From the IMG/VR virus record IMGVR_UViG_3300032092_000001: DNA of 64,000 nucleotides. One strand, 5' to 3'. This document shows, in pieces, positions 19,521 through 30,613 of the stretch. The notes beneath the pieces are model-generated. The model worked only from the letters and a program-made list of their open reading frames with translations, was not told the origin of the DNA and searched no databases. Position numbers and translations under genes: made by a program. The stretch comes from a virus. Its lineage: Duplodnaviria; Caudoviricetes. The first letter of the stretch is position 1. Each line of letters opens with the position of its first letter.

Positions 19521-20281
19521 TACGATGTTGGGTTTAAATATTCATACCAAGTAATTGTTTCTTGTTCTTCGTCATTAACAATACCAGTATAGTAATATGT
19601 ATAATTATTAAAATTAAAATTAACTTTATAATAAAGTTCAGAGTCAATAATTCTTTTAGTGTTACTTGACTGATTTAAAAAAGTTACAAACTCTCCAGTC
19701 TTTGAATTAAAAAATTTAGCAGTAATATATAAACTATCTAAATTTAAAATTTGGTATTCCTTAAACCAATACATAAAAAATCCTTCAGATGTGGTATTGT
19801 AATTTAAACTATATGATGGTTTCTTTAGTACGTAAGTTTTATTATTTAAAGTATATTCAAATGTATCCTGATTGTTTTGTAAAACAATTGTTAAGAAATT
19901 TTTTCTCTTAGATTGTTCCATCTTATCGTACAAATCCAATTTAAAAAAAGAATTTTTAAATGATTTGTCATCATTTTTTATATCATTAAATGAGAAATAG
20001 TTTGGATTAATATAATTCTCATCCCAAGTTCCGGTTTCGGGATTGAAAAATTTGAAAACGTGTTTAATAGACGTTATATAGGAATTCGTCGCGCTCACAT
20101 AGATTGGTCTCTTTGTGAATCTAGCAATTTCATAATCTGTCGCAGAACCAACTAATTCTCGTAACACATCCTGAGAATACTCATTTACACTATCCTCTCG
20201 GTTATTATAATCCCAATCTTCAAATAAAGGTATTTGAATTTGATTATTAACACCATCTTTAAGTATTTTTATTCTATTCAC
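19520..20281 (-). CDS. Hypothetical virion protein
   Basis: 253-aa ORF, GTG start overlapping the upstream TAG. Confidence 0.6.
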   Translation of the reverse strand: MNRIKILKDGVNNQIQIPLFEDWDYNNREDSVNEYSQDVLRELVGSATDYEIARFTKRPIYVSATNSYITSIKHVFKFFNPETGTWDENYINPNYFSFNDIKNDDKSFKNSFFKLDLYDKMEQSKRKNFLTIVLQNNQDTFEYTLNNKTYVLKKPSYSLNYNTTSEGFFMYWFKEYQILNLDSLYITAKFFNSKTGEFVTFLNQSSNTKRIIDSELYYKVNFNFNNYTYYYTGIVNDEEQETITWYEYLNPTS

Positions 20282-22055
20282 AGTTATCAGTTATTATAAT
20301 ATTTGATGTACTACCTGTTGCAATATTGGTTCCCTCAGGAATAATTCTAAATTGGAAATTATTGTGAGGGTAGTGAGAATTATTTAGATATGGATAATCA
20401 ACACCTCTATCCTCATTGTCAATAAATCCATATGTATAAATGTCTCTCCATATATATTCTTGCGTACTTTTCTTATAAAATGCGTAATTAGGTAAGTCGT
20501 TAATAATTTGTCCGTCACTTTCTTCCACATAATTTGAAAAAACTTTAATTACCATTTTATTATGTGGTTTATAATAGTAACCTAACGGATTAGTAGTTGT
20601 TGTTCCGATATTAAAAACATCAGGATTAAATGTTATCTTATGATAATGTTCTGAAATGACTATCTCATTTTGTTCCAAATCATTCCACTCACAAAAATCT
20701 CCGTCAATTTCATCACCAATATTTAAATCCGAATTATAGTAAAAAATCTTATTACTATATTCAGGAACAGAACTAGCATATGATAAAGTTTGTATTTGTG
20801 TGTTAGAGTTGACGTTACTCCTATCCCACCACCCATTTAGTTGTGGTCCTAAATTAAATTCCCATCCCTTCTTTAGAGCAGTATTAGTATTACCAATTGG
20901 TTTGTTAAACCATCCAAAATAACCACGATTTATAACCGTGAAATATAATTCAGTTATTGGTCTTTTTAAATTATCTAATAACCCATTAATATCAATATCA
21001 TTTAAAAATGATATGTTATAAGATTGACTATCTTCCTTAACTGAAACTCTTGAAACTAAATTTGGAGTTAACTGTTTTGATTCAAATTTTTTAACGACTC
21101 TTAATCCATTTTTTTCAAACCCCGATTTGGTAATAACGGCATCTGTAAAATTTGTTAAAATTTTATGTTTTCTTACATAGTATTTTGACACTCCTTGAAC
21201 TTCTTCCCCAATAACCCTTTTGAATGTTCCCATACCACTATTTTCTAAAATAGTACAATTATATCCAACATCATATACATTGAATATAAATTTTTTACTA
21301 TTACTTAGTCCATTACCAAGACTATATACTTGGAAGTACGTAACTCCATTGCAGGTATTACTTAACTTAACATAATCCCCAACATTTAGGTTATGGTTCA
21401 TCGGACAATCAAATTGTATAATTGGTTTTCCATTTAAGAATCCTCTGGTAAGATAATATGGTATACCATCAGAACAATTCCAATTATATGTTGAGCCGTT
21501 ACTCATCACACATTGCATTGTCTGAGCAGTTGTTGAACTATAAGCGTAAGACAAATGAATATACCAATTGTAGTATGGTGCCAAGTTATCTGAAGCATGT
21601 AAATGAGGTCGGTCACCTCCCAGCTTAGTATATCCATTAACATTCAAATCATTTCTAATTAAAGAAAATTCATTGTATTGAGGATACCCAGCCCAAGATA
21701 TTTGATTACTAACTCCATTACCGGCAGTAAGTTGTAGTTGTTTATACGTTAAAACATCAGTATAATACAACTGATTGTTAAAAGGTTTATAGGGTGTTGA
21801 TGTGGTGTTACCGATAGTTAATCCACTATATGAGTTACTAAATAACCAACTAAATTTACAAGTCGGTCTGAAAATCGTACATTCATTTCTTTCAGTGTCA
21901 AATAACTGTTGTAAATTTAATGTTAGATTTTTATCGGTTTCATCATATTCTTTAATAGTATTAACTAACGGGATTTGTAATCTAAAATCCACATCGTTAG
22001 AACCCTTATATCTGAGCTCACCCTTAATTATTGATATTTGTCCTAAATCACTCAA
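20274..22055 (-). CDS. Hypothetical virion protein
   Basis: 593-aa ORF, TTG start overlapping the upstream TGA. Confidence 0.6.
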   Translation of the reverse strand: MSDLGQISIIKGELRYKGSNDVDFRLQIPLVNTIKEYDETDKNLTLNLQQLFDTERNECTIFRPTCKFSWLFSNSYSGLTIGNTTSTPYKPFNNQLYYTDVLTYKQLQLTAGNGVSNQISWAGYPQYNEFSLIRNDLNVNGYTKLGGDRPHLHASDNLAPYYNWYIHLSYAYSSTTAQTMQCVMSNGSTYNWNCSDGIPYYLTRGFLNGKPIIQFDCPMNHNLNVGDYVKLSNTCNGVTYFQVYSLGNGLSNSKKFIFNVYDVGYNCTILENSGMGTFKRVIGEEVQGVSKYYVRKHKILTNFTDAVITKSGFEKNGLRVVKKFESKQLTPNLVSRVSVKEDSQSYNISFLNDIDINGLLDNLKRPITELYFTVINRGYFGWFNKPIGNTNTALKKGWEFNLGPQLNGWWDRSNVNSNTQIQTLSYASSVPEYSNKIFYYNSDLNIGDEIDGDFCEWNDLEQNEIVISEHYHKITFNPDVFNIGTTTTNPLGYYYKPHNKMVIKVFSNYVEESDGQIINDLPNYAFYKKSTQEYIWRDIYTYGFIDNEDRGVDYPYLNNSHYPHNNFQFRIIPEGTNIATGSTSNIIITDNCE

Positions 22056-25000
22056 CTATTGAATTTTCATTTAAATATTTTTTTATGAATACATCTAACG
22101 CAGATTTTCCTTTAACTAACCCAAAGTAAAAATGGAATGGAGAACCTGCTATAAAATAATTACTAAAGTCACTGTTTGTTGGTATCTGATATGTCGTACC
22201 CCCAGTTGTATTAAAATTAATAATATAATTCTGAGCATAATTTGTTTTATTATTTACAATATTTGATTGGAAGTATCTACTTGTAGGATTTAACCTATCC
22301 ATAGTTTGGTATCCATTACTTTGGAATTGATTTGGATATACCGGTGAAGAGCTCCCAAATTTATCAGTATACCAATCATTTTTTTGAGTACCAAAAATTG
22401 TTGTCGGTTGTAATTCTCCTGAACTATTAAAATCAGAAATTTTCCAATTATAAAAAGGAACTACTTGTGTTTTAACAGGTATTTGAGTAAAGTCATAATC
22501 ATTGTTAACAGGGAATGAAGAATTTTGATTCCATATAGTTCTTCTTGGAGTAATATAATCCCTATCTTGGGTATTACCTGTAAAGAAAATTCCAAACATT
22601 GCAAACCCATCATACACTCCTTGATTACTAAATCCAAAATATACAGTATCCCCAGGATAATTTTCAGGTGAGAATTCAGTCATTCCAAACTCAGAATTAA
22701 TTGACAACATCTGAGATAAATCCCCATCAACTGACTGAGGAATTAATAAGTCAAGGTTTGAAGGGTTTTTAAACCATCTTGTATTTTGGAAAAGGGATTG
22801 TACTCCTGCATCGTTATCACCTTCATTCGGGTCATCACTTTGGGGGACAATTAATTTAGATAAAGTAGGACTTGTAATCCTACTTAATATAAACATATTC
22901 ATTACCTGAGTAATTCCCTGATATGTGGTAGATTTCAATCTATCCATAATATATCCATCATAGTCATCACTAAACACCAATTCTTGTGTATAAATAACTT
23001 TAGGTCCTAAATCTAATATTGTAGTCGGTGAACCAAGTAATCTTACATTACCTGTTTCATATGAATTACCAACAGGATTAGGTTTACCAATAAATTTACC
23101 ATTATTAATTGTATTAGTGTCCGTCATGTATGGACTACTACGATAGTAGAATGTGTTTGAATAGTCATTAAGATATACAACATCTTTACAATACTCACTA
23201 AATGGTTGATTTGAAGTATTAAAAAATCTATTGTTTTTAAATGCGTACATGTAAAGGGCACCATTTATATATTGGTTTGAGAATGTGTGAGAAAACACAT
23301 CCAAACAAACCGCCAAATTCATTTTTAATCTAGCAGCCCACTCTTTAATACTTTCAATATCAGGTCTAAAACTGTCAAATGGGGATGAAACTAAATTATA
23401 ACATCCGGTACCGTACTTAAATTTAACAACATTACCATAAGACATAAGTTGTTGACAATTTGGGGATATTATCGGTACATTATTTGTAGTATCAAAACTA
23501 TAACATCCTTGTAATACTGCATAATTACAATCTTGTACCGATTTTAACACCCCCTCATATTCAGGTGCCAGTAATTGATTGGATTCGGGAGGAGTGACCT
23601 CAATTTGAGTAACATTAGACAATGGTATAATTTCATTATCCGAAGAAATTTTAAAAACTGTAAAATTTGGATTTTGATGCAAAAAAGAACTATTAGCCCC
23701 AAATTTTGTCATGTTGGTTGAGCTTGGTAACCTATCAGTTCTGACAACAATGTATCTACTATCTGAGAAATTTAATGGGTACGTACTGTAAGAAATGTCT
23801 GTCGGGTCCTCAGGCGCAAAATAGTCAAAACTAAACATCTGAGAACCTCTCCTTCCATCTAAAATATCCCAATTAGTTGGTGCCCATTTATTAATATACT
23901 TCCCTGTTGGGTAAGTCGTAAATGGAAACTCTCCATCAGGATACGAAACATTAGGGCTAGTTATCAATGCATAATATTGAGTTGTTTCATGTGTAGATTC
24001 AAAAATTTCAGCCCCTTCAACTACCTCATTAGGTAAATAATTGCTTGTAAAAAATCTGTCAGTCCAAGAATATGTTGACAAGTTATATGCCGAAGATAAC
24101 TCATTAAGTCCAAAATATTTATAGGGTCCAGTCCAAGCGTATATATCAGTAAAATATTTCCTATAAAAATTATTATTAGATATTGTTAAATTTTTAGTCG
24201 TTGTTGAATAGTAAGACGGTGTTGGGTAAAACCCCGTATTTACAGGTGTAGAATCTTGTCCACTAGCCCATAGACGATTATATACTTGTTCTCTATATTG
24301 GTTTAATAAACCTACAATACTATCATTTTGAGAACCCAAATCTGCCTGCCAATTTAAATTCGCATATGATTCAAAAATCGCAGGACCAACCCCCGAGTAA
24401 TATTTATGCATGTGAGATTTAAATGGTTGGAAGCTGTTTTGACCTAAATTTTTATATTCAAACAAATAACTCTTATAAAAAATTGAACTTTTAGTTGTTT
24501 TGTCATACCCACCTTGTGTTGCGTCATTATTTGAAAATAGGTAGTGATTTGAAGAGCTAATTGAGTTTGACCCCACAGTTGAGTAAGATGCCTGTATTGG
24601 AATATTCATCTTAAATTGTCCCTTAATAATATACTTAACATTAGGGTCAGGAGCACTCGGCACAGTATTTTCATTCCAACTATATTGCCATTTACCAAAA
24701 AGTCGTGACAAATCAATTTTCATATCAATGCTAGGTGAATGAATATCAACCCCTCTCATCAATATTAAAATTCTTTTATTTTTATAATTTACATCTTGAT
24801 TAGGTGTGACAGTACCAATATATTGATTAGTCCAAATAGGAGGTAATACACTTGTTTGATATCCCGTATCCTTAGACCACATAATAACCTGATGTTTATT
24901 TGTAAAACTATTTGATACTTCAGGATTGTTATTGTTATTAGTATTGTTTTGGTTTAAAAACATATACATATCACCATTAGATAATGCATCTTTAACTTGT

Positions 25001-27987
25001 AAGTATCTTCTACCTAACGTAAATGGATTATGATTATAAACTGATTTTGCCTCATATTCAGATATAGTCATACCTGTTAATACTTGGAAGTACTCTATGT
25101 CAGATGGTAATTTACCAACTCCAGTTGAACTTGCATATTCTACTTGAATTGGTCCAGGTGTTGGCCCTGAAGGAGTACTAATACTCCAAACAATATTTTG
25201 AGGAAATCCTGTAATAGTATATGTAGTAGTTTTATTCGCAGAACTTGACCCATTAGTAATAGTAGGGTCAGCATAGGATACTGATAATTGTGTTACTGAC
25301 TTGGTATACCCCGTTGCTCCTGTTTGAGATGTTGTACCTTTAGTATAGTTAATATCTAAAGATTTAGTAGGGTCTTGGAATGTAATTATATCACCTGAAA
25401 CTAAATCGACCTCATCACTATCTAAAACTAAAACCAACACATTATCAAAATGATTAAATTGAGTATTATCATTTGGTAAATTATTATTTGGTTGCCATTT
25501 AACTTTAATCTGATTCCATCCAGTATAATATATTTGCTGTCCATTATATAGAAAACTTTTTTCAAAAAATTTATCTTTAGTATTAAACAAATTGTACAAC
25601 GCCCCCATGTTTAACTGAGGTGACATTATAATACTATCAGCACCTCTAACCTCATCAAAAAAGTAAGTCCATGGTGTATTTGTTGACTCTTTTAGTTCAG
25701 GGTCATCGTTACCTGTTAATACTAAATTTGCAGTTTTTTGCCAATAATCTTTGGTAATATTGTTTATTTGTACAAATTGATTAATTGGGTTTTCTCCGAC
25801 TTGCTGTATATTAGCCTCCGTAGTCGCTGAAACTTCTGTAAAATTAAAACTACTTGAATTTGTCACATCAAAAAGTATCGCAGTCTGTCCATACGAACCT
25901 GTTAATAATGGAGTGGCAACTACAACATTAGAAATGTTACATCTACATCTCTCACACCCATCTTCAGTATAAATTACTAATGGTAATCCAATATTTAAAA
26001 AAGGGTTATCGGGTCTATCTATTGGTTCCCAATCAGGACAATTAATAGTACCAACCCAATTTGGTACAAATTGATTTATTTTATTACAAATTTTTACTAT
26101 TGTCTCTCGTATTCTATTAATAATATTATCAATAACAGGCAATATATTATCATAGACCCAAGCCAAGACATGTACAACGGCAACAATCGCAAATAATAAA
26201 TACGGTAAAACAGACACAACAAAAGACACAAAGAACCAAAGAAAATTTAATCGGAAATGTGAATCGTTAGTTGGAAACTTATTATAGTTACCCTCACAAG
26301 TACTGTCTTGAATATATTTTATTTGAGTAGTATTCCACACAAATCTACTAGTTTGGAACCTATCAATTAAATTACTCACAGTATAAACTTTATTGTAAGA
26401 CATATCATAAAAAGTATCCTTACAATCTATTGCATCTTGGTAATTTGCATAATCATTCCAATCTAAACTAAATGCGTAAGAACCCTCAGCTAAAAACTTC
26501 TGTAATGGTATAGTAATGTAATTAATTATTATTGGTTCATTGACATCCTCAACTTCAAATGTGAATTGATATGGAAAATTTGACGGTCTTAAATTCTTAC
26601 CGTAGTAAACCATACCATTATTTAAAATCTTATAGTTAGTAACATTTTTAACAGATAAAATTCTAACAATAACCGCACTACTAACACTTTTAGACCAAGT
26701 TGTCACACCAACACTTAATTGTTGTGTACTTTCAGTTTCAGAATATGTTTTCTTAATTGGGTCCTCAGTTTCATCATACCACCCATATTCTTTAATATTA
26801 GGAACTAAGTAATACGCTCTTTTAATCTCTTCAGAAAGTTTTGTGGACTGTTGCCACTTAACTTTAAATCTATATTTTCCTCTCGTAGGTATTCCTATAT
26901 TAGGATTATAACTAATTTTTTGGTTACCATATTCATCAGTATAAACATAGTCTAAGTTCATCGGGACTTCTGTCACCCAAACTCCATTCTCGTCAATTAC
27001 TTTACCTCCATTATCCAATTTAAATTCCTCAATAATCGGTAACCCATTTTCATCCAATAATTCAGTTTGTCTAATTGATTCAATACTTCCAGGACCAGGG
27101 ATTAAATCACATAGATTACCCATTTTAACCGAACTTTTACATTTGTTTTGACCTACAATACCTAAAAATTTTGAGTATCCGATTTTTTGAGTATCATTAG
27201 TTGAAAACATTGACCCCATAAAAACTGAAGTAGGTTCAATCTTAATTGCTGCTTCGTTAGTTAAATCAAAATCTGACCTGTAGATATTGTAGTTACAAAT
27301 TTCAGCTTCTCCGAAAAAAGGTGAAACAGTTATAGTTCTTCTTAAACTTACAATTTGAGGTAACTCATCAAAATTAGTTGATGTTTTAAATAAATCTCCA
27401 TCAACCTGAGACTCAATAGCCCTACCCATTCTAATCAAATCTTGGGGGGTTTGTGAGAATGGTCCAATATCAGATAGGTCAACCTGCATGAATAATTCAT
27501 GGTTCCCAACAGGAACACCAAATATCATATAGTCACCTGAATCATTCGTTTGAACTGTAAACTTATAATATTTGTCATAAACTTCAATTACATTTTTATC
27601 AATTAAAACGTCACTTCTATCAGGAAAAGTACCAACAGGTACGTGTCCGCTATGTGAAGATGTGTACGGTAAAAGGTTATATCTATATCCATCATCATTT
27701 ACATCTTGTAAAGTTTTATATGGATATAACGTAGATATAATATCATTGTATAAATCTTCCTCCTCTAAGGGTATGAAAATAGAAACTTTTGCATTAGGGA
27801 TACCAAATCCATTATTGGCAAATACACGACCACAAACAACTCCAAAATCAGAACAATTCCTCGTGTATATTTCATCAGGAGTGACAGTTAACGATAATAC
27901 TTCAAGCGTATCAAAATTTTGTTCTAATTTAACTTGTAAATTTCTATCTTCGTTAAGGTTTGTTCGTATTCTAAAAGATTTCGGCAT
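22048..27987 (-). CDS. Large baseplate-associated protein with N-terminal carboxypeptidase-regulatory-like beta-sandwich and an internal hydrophobic segment
   Basis: GVVCGRVFANNGFGIPNAKVSI...TNDSGDYMIFGVPVG; hydrophobic run near aa 575-615; follows the gp6-like gene. Confidence 0.6.
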   Translation of the reverse strand: MPKSFRIRTNLNEDRNLQVKLEQNFDTLEVLSLTVTPDEIYTRNCSDFGVVCGRVFANNGFGIPNAKVSIFIPLEEEDLYNDIISTLYPYKTLQDVNDDGYRYNLLPYTSSHSGHVPVGTFPDRSDVLIDKNVIEVYDKYYKFTVQTNDSGDYMIFGVPVGNHELFMQVDLSDIGPFSQTPQDLIRMGRAIESQVDGDLFKTSTNFDELPQIVSLRRTITVSPFFGEAEICNYNIYRSDFDLTNEAAIKIEPTSVFMGSMFSTNDTQKIGYSKFLGIVGQNKCKSSVKMGNLCDLIPGPGSIESIRQTELLDENGLPIIEEFKLDNGGKVIDENGVWVTEVPMNLDYVYTDEYGNQKISYNPNIGIPTRGKYRFKVKWQQSTKLSEEIKRAYYLVPNIKEYGWYDETEDPIKKTYSETESTQQLSVGVTTWSKSVSSAVIVRILSVKNVTNYKILNNGMVYYGKNLRPSNFPYQFTFEVEDVNEPIIINYITIPLQKFLAEGSYAFSLDWNDYANYQDAIDCKDTFYDMSYNKVYTVSNLIDRFQTSRFVWNTTQIKYIQDSTCEGNYNKFPTNDSHFRLNFLWFFVSFVVSVLPYLLFAIVAVVHVLAWVYDNILPVIDNIINRIRETIVKICNKINQFVPNWVGTINCPDWEPIDRPDNPFLNIGLPLVIYTEDGCERCRCNISNVVVATPLLTGSYGQTAILFDVTNSSSFNFTEVSATTEANIQQVGENPINQFVQINNITKDYWQKTANLVLTGNDDPELKESTNTPWTYFFDEVRGADSIIMSPQLNMGALYNLFNTKDKFFEKSFLYNGQQIYYTGWNQIKVKWQPNNNLPNDNTQFNHFDNVLVLVLDSDEVDLVSGDIITFQDPTKSLDINYTKGTTSQTGATGYTKSVTQLSVSYADPTITNGSSSANKTTTYTITGFPQNIVWSISTPSGPTPGPIQVEYASSTGVGKLPSDIEYFQVLTGMTISEYEAKSVYNHNPFTLGRRYLQVKDALSNGDMYMFLNQNNTNNNNNPEVSNSFTNKHQVIMWSKDTGYQTSVLPPIWTNQYIGTVTPNQDVNYKNKRILILMRGVDIHSPSIDMKIDLSRLFGKWQYSWNENTVPSAPDPNVKYIIKGQFKMNIPIQASYSTVGSNSISSSNHYLFSNNDATQGGYDKTTKSSIFYKSYLFEYKNLGQNSFQPFKSHMHKYYSGVGPAIFESYANLNWQADLGSQNDSIVGLLNQYREQVYNRLWASGQDSTPVNTGFYPTPSYYSTTTKNLTISNNNFYRKYFTDIYAWTGPYKYFGLNELSSAYNLSTYSWTDRFFTSNYLPNEVVEGAEIFESTHETTQYYALITSPNVSYPDGEFPFTTYPTGKYINKWAPTNWDILDGRRGSQMFSFDYFAPEDPTDISYSTYPLNFSDSRYIVVRTDRLPSSTNMTKFGANSSFLHQNPNFTVFKISSDNEIIPLSNVTQIEVTPPESNQLLAPEYEGVLKSVQDCNYAVLQGCYSFDTTNNVPIISPNCQQLMSYGNVVKFKYGTGCYNLVSSPFDSFRPDIESIKEWAARLKMNLAVCLDVFSHTFSNQYINGALYMYAFKNNRFFNTSNQPFSEYCKDVVYLNDYSNTFYYRSSPYMTDTNTINNGKFIGKPNPVGNSYETGNVRLLGSPTTILDLGPKVIYTQELVFSDDYDGYIMDRLKSTTYQGITQVMNMFILSRITSPTLSKLIVPQSDDPNEGDNDAGVQSLFQNTRWFKNPSNLDLLIPQSVDGDLSQMLSINSEFGMTEFSPENYPGDTVYFGFSNQGVYDGFAMFGIFFTGNTQDRDYITPRRTIWNQNSSFPVNNDYDFTQIPVKTQVVPFYNWKISDFNSSGELQPTTIFGTQKNDWYTDKFGSSSPVYPNQFQSNGYQTMDRLNPTSRYFQSNIVNNKTNYAQNYIINFNTTGGTTYQIPTNSDFSNYFIAGSPFHFYFGLVKGKSALDVFIKKYLNENSIVE

Positions 27988-27998
27988 TGTTTTTTTTT

Positions 27999-28005
27999 AT
28001 AAATA
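27999..28005 (-). promoter_or_regulatory. TATTTAT element (putative late promoter)
   Basis: 11 nt before ATG at 27987. Confidence 0.55.
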
Positions 28006-28048
28006 GTTTATTCACTATTTTGAAAAAATAAATGCTCGTCTAATTTTA

Positions 28049-29884
28049 CTATGAAATATTCACAGTTTGAGAATTGATAGTCCTAACCAATATATCAACA
28101 TTAGGATATCTTACTTGGAATATCTGATTTGGTTCAGAATATACTGTATCATTAACCAAACTTATTTGTTTAGTAACATCATTTGAATAACTTTGTGATG
28201 TTTCAGATGATGAATATAATCCACCTACTTTATTAAAGACTGAGACATTGGATACCGATAATACTCCGTTTAATGATTGTATGAGTCTTTTAATTTCTGA
28301 AACATATAATGGTTGCCCCATTTCTCTGTTGGTGGGTTCCATGAAGTTTGTAACTGTGTTTATCACATCGGTAATTACAACTCCTTGGTTTTGGCTTGAA
28401 TCCAAAACTATTGATATGTCAAAAGATAAATCAATAACATTCGCAGCCCCTACTACAACATAATCATTAATCATTCTGTAGTTTGATAAGTAAGATGCCA
28501 CATTATCCAATAAAGTTTGTGAGACAACATCACTTAAATTACCTAAACTATCATAAGTTAATAATGTGACATTAATTTTGTTATCACTCTCAAGTATCGC
28601 AACTTTAGCTGGTGCACCAAATTGAGAAGGCATTTTTCTTAAAATTGACTCGTAATCATTTATTGTAACCGCTCTATTCTGAGAAGAGAAATTAAATCCA
28701 ACTAAATTTCTAACCTCTTCAACTGTCGGTAAGTTAGCACCTCCGATAGCTGGGAAAGGATTAGTACAATTTAAAGAACTTATTACCGAAGTATTAATAG
28801 TCTGAGACGCACCGTTAACTTCAAAGTTAACTTGTCCGATTTGGTTAATAACATTTACACCCAAATTAGTACCTAAACCACCTCCAATTCTGTATTGTAC
28901 AAATAAAGTACTATTAACAGGTATTGTTGACCCGAGTGAGTAATTATTTTGATATTTAGATAAATCCAAAGGTTGACCGCTTCTAGCGAAATCTCGTAAA
29001 ATTTCATCCGTTGATTGACTACCACCACCAAAAGTCATTTTTAAAAATCCTTCAGGTGTATATTCAGTGATAAATCTATTATTTGTCTGAACGTATCTAC
29101 CAACTTTTAACCCAGGGTTATCTGATGACCTTGTTGGGTCCTCAATAAAAATTCTATCCTGTGCCAAAGCGTCAACTTCGTACCATCTATTATTAGCAGA
29201 TAGAAATTCTTGAGCCGAGGGTACATTAGCATAATTGGTACCAGGTTTAACAATAACACTAGTCACACCTATTACATTTTTTTCAGGTAAGAATAATTCA
29301 AAGAAAGGTCTGGAGTCATTAGTATTAATTACCCTTCTAAACACTTTCGTTATCCCATTAACAACCGGTTCTCTTTTAATAATGGTATAATTTATTAAAT
29401 TGTTGTTAGAGTCTCTATTTGGTATTACTAATCTTGGGGTTACTCCATCGTTACTAAATGCCGATGCGAAGTCAATGTCATATATGTTTTCAAAAACCTG
29501 TCCCGCCCCAACAAATTGTGAACCTCTTCTTAACTTACCACAATACGTATTATCAGGTTGGTCCCCAAATGCTGGTACCGTTATACTAAAATCACAAATT
29601 GCAACTGAGGGTCTTAATCCCGGAATCTTTAAACCATAAGTTCTTGCAATGTTATATATTGAAGAACGTTGTTGAGCGTATTGTAATACAGTTTCTTGTA
29701 ACGCTCTGTCTATGTTATAATTTAAGTTATCGGCAACCGCCGCGTTCATATCCAAAAATACAGAAAACACCGAAGCGTCATTTGCGTTTTGAATTAATTC
29801 AGGATAATAACTTTTTACGTAATTAATAAGTTCACTACGAATATTTTGAAAGTCCCTTACAGTATATGATATTTGTTTTGCCAT
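28049..29884 (-). CDS. Baseplate wedge subunit, T4 gp6 / baseplate J-like
   Basis: RDFQNIRSELINY, IARTYG, GGANLPTVEEVR...FSSQNRAVTINDYE; adjacent to gp25-like gene. Confidence 0.85.
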   Translation of the reverse strand: MAKQISYTVRDFQNIRSELINYVKSYYPELIQNANDASVFSVFLDMNAAVADNLNYNIDRALQETVLQYAQQRSSIYNIARTYGLKIPGLRPSVAICDFSITVPAFGDQPDNTYCGKLRRGSQFVGAGQVFENIYDIDFASAFSNDGVTPRLVIPNRDSNNNLINYTIIKREPVVNGITKVFRRVINTNDSRPFFELFLPEKNVIGVTSVIVKPGTNYANVPSAQEFLSANNRWYEVDALAQDRIFIEDPTRSSDNPGLKVGRYVQTNNRFITEYTPEGFLKMTFGGGSQSTDEILRDFARSGQPLDLSKYQNNYSLGSTIPVNSTLFVQYRIGGGLGTNLGVNVINQIGQVNFEVNGASQTINTSVISSLNCTNPFPAIGGANLPTVEEVRNLVGFNFSSQNRAVTINDYESILRKMPSQFGAPAKVAILESDNKINVTLLTYDSLGNLSDVVSQTLLDNVASYLSNYRMINDYVVVGAANVIDLSFDISIVLDSSQNQGVVITDVINTVTNFMEPTNREMGQPLYVSEIKRLIQSLNGVLSVSNVSVFNKVGGLYSSSETSQSYSNDVTKQISLVNDTVYSEPNQIFQVRYPNVDILVRTINSQTVNIS

Positions 29885-29885
29885 T

Positions 29886-30350
29886 TTATATATTGATGAT
29901 TACAAAGTCTTTAGAGTTAAAAACATCGTTTGTTATTGTGTATTCAACTTTAACCTTAGCAGTATACTCTTTAGTCCCTCTACCAGGTAAAAGATAAACT
30001 CTTGGGTCCAAATCAGGATTTGTGTTTGCAGCAATTGGGTCCTCTTCTAACTCAACTAAAGGGGTTATTGATATACTATTAATTAGTAAATTAGGTATGT
30101 ATTTCTCAACGGAGTCTTTAATGTCTGATTCAATATCATTAAATGTTGGTCCGTCTAATGGTTCAAATATAAATTCATAAATACGTGTTCCAAAATCAGG
30201 TAAAAAATATCTACTTCCTTTTCTAGTTAAAAGCAAATGAATCAAATTACTTCTTATCTCATCATTTGTAGTTTCAGATAAGGAAAGGTATTTACCAGTT
30301 TTAGAATCTAAAAAAGGAAAATTTATACCGTATGTTATACCATTTGCCAT
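29886..30350 (-). CDS. Baseplate wedge subunit gp25/GpW-like
   Basis: IRSNLIHLLLTRKGSRYFLPDFGTRIYEFIFEP motif. Confidence 0.9.
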   Translation of the reverse strand: MANGITYGINFPFLDSKTGKYLSLSETTNDEIRSNLIHLLLTRKGSRYFLPDFGTRIYEFIFEPLDGPTFNDIESDIKDSVEKYIPNLLINSISITPLVELEEDPIAANTNPDLDPRVYLLPGRGTKEYTAKVKVEYTITNDVFNSKDFVIINI

Positions 30351-30355
30351 ATGAT

Positions 30356-30362
30356 ATAAATA
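30356..30362 (-). promoter_or_regulatory. TATTTAT element (putative late promoter)
   Basis: 5 nt before ATG at 30350. Confidence 0.6.
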
Positions 30363-30421
30363 TAATGTCGCGATATTTTAACTAAATAGCGTATAAAATA
30401 AAAAAAATACCTATCTAAGGA

Positions 30422-30613
30422 TTAAATTAATACCACAATTTTACCATTAATAGTTTTCGGTATTCCATTATCGTATTCAAATTCCACAAATTCTTGTTTT
30501 AACAAATATTCAGTTATGTAATCATTGATGGGATAATAACTCAAACAATCAACAATTGGTTTTTCTTTTGAGTTGTACTTATAATACCCAACCTCATAAT
30601 CCCATATCGTCAA
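30422..30613 (-). CDS. Small hypothetical protein (probable TTG start at 30613 rather than 30796)
   Basis: Fills the gap between the flavoprotein and gp25 genes; the upstream part of the tracked ORF overlaps the flavoprotein gene. Confidence 0.35.
   Translation of the reverse strand: MTIWDYEVGYYKYNSKEKPIVDCLSYYPINDYITEYLLKQEFVEFEYDNGIPKTINGKIVVLI

Noticed and set aside
818-27987. Diversity-generating retroelement or invertible fibre cassette
   Set aside because: No reverse transcriptase, recombinase, TR/VR pair or flanking inverted repeats seen by eye; a systematic repeat search was not possible
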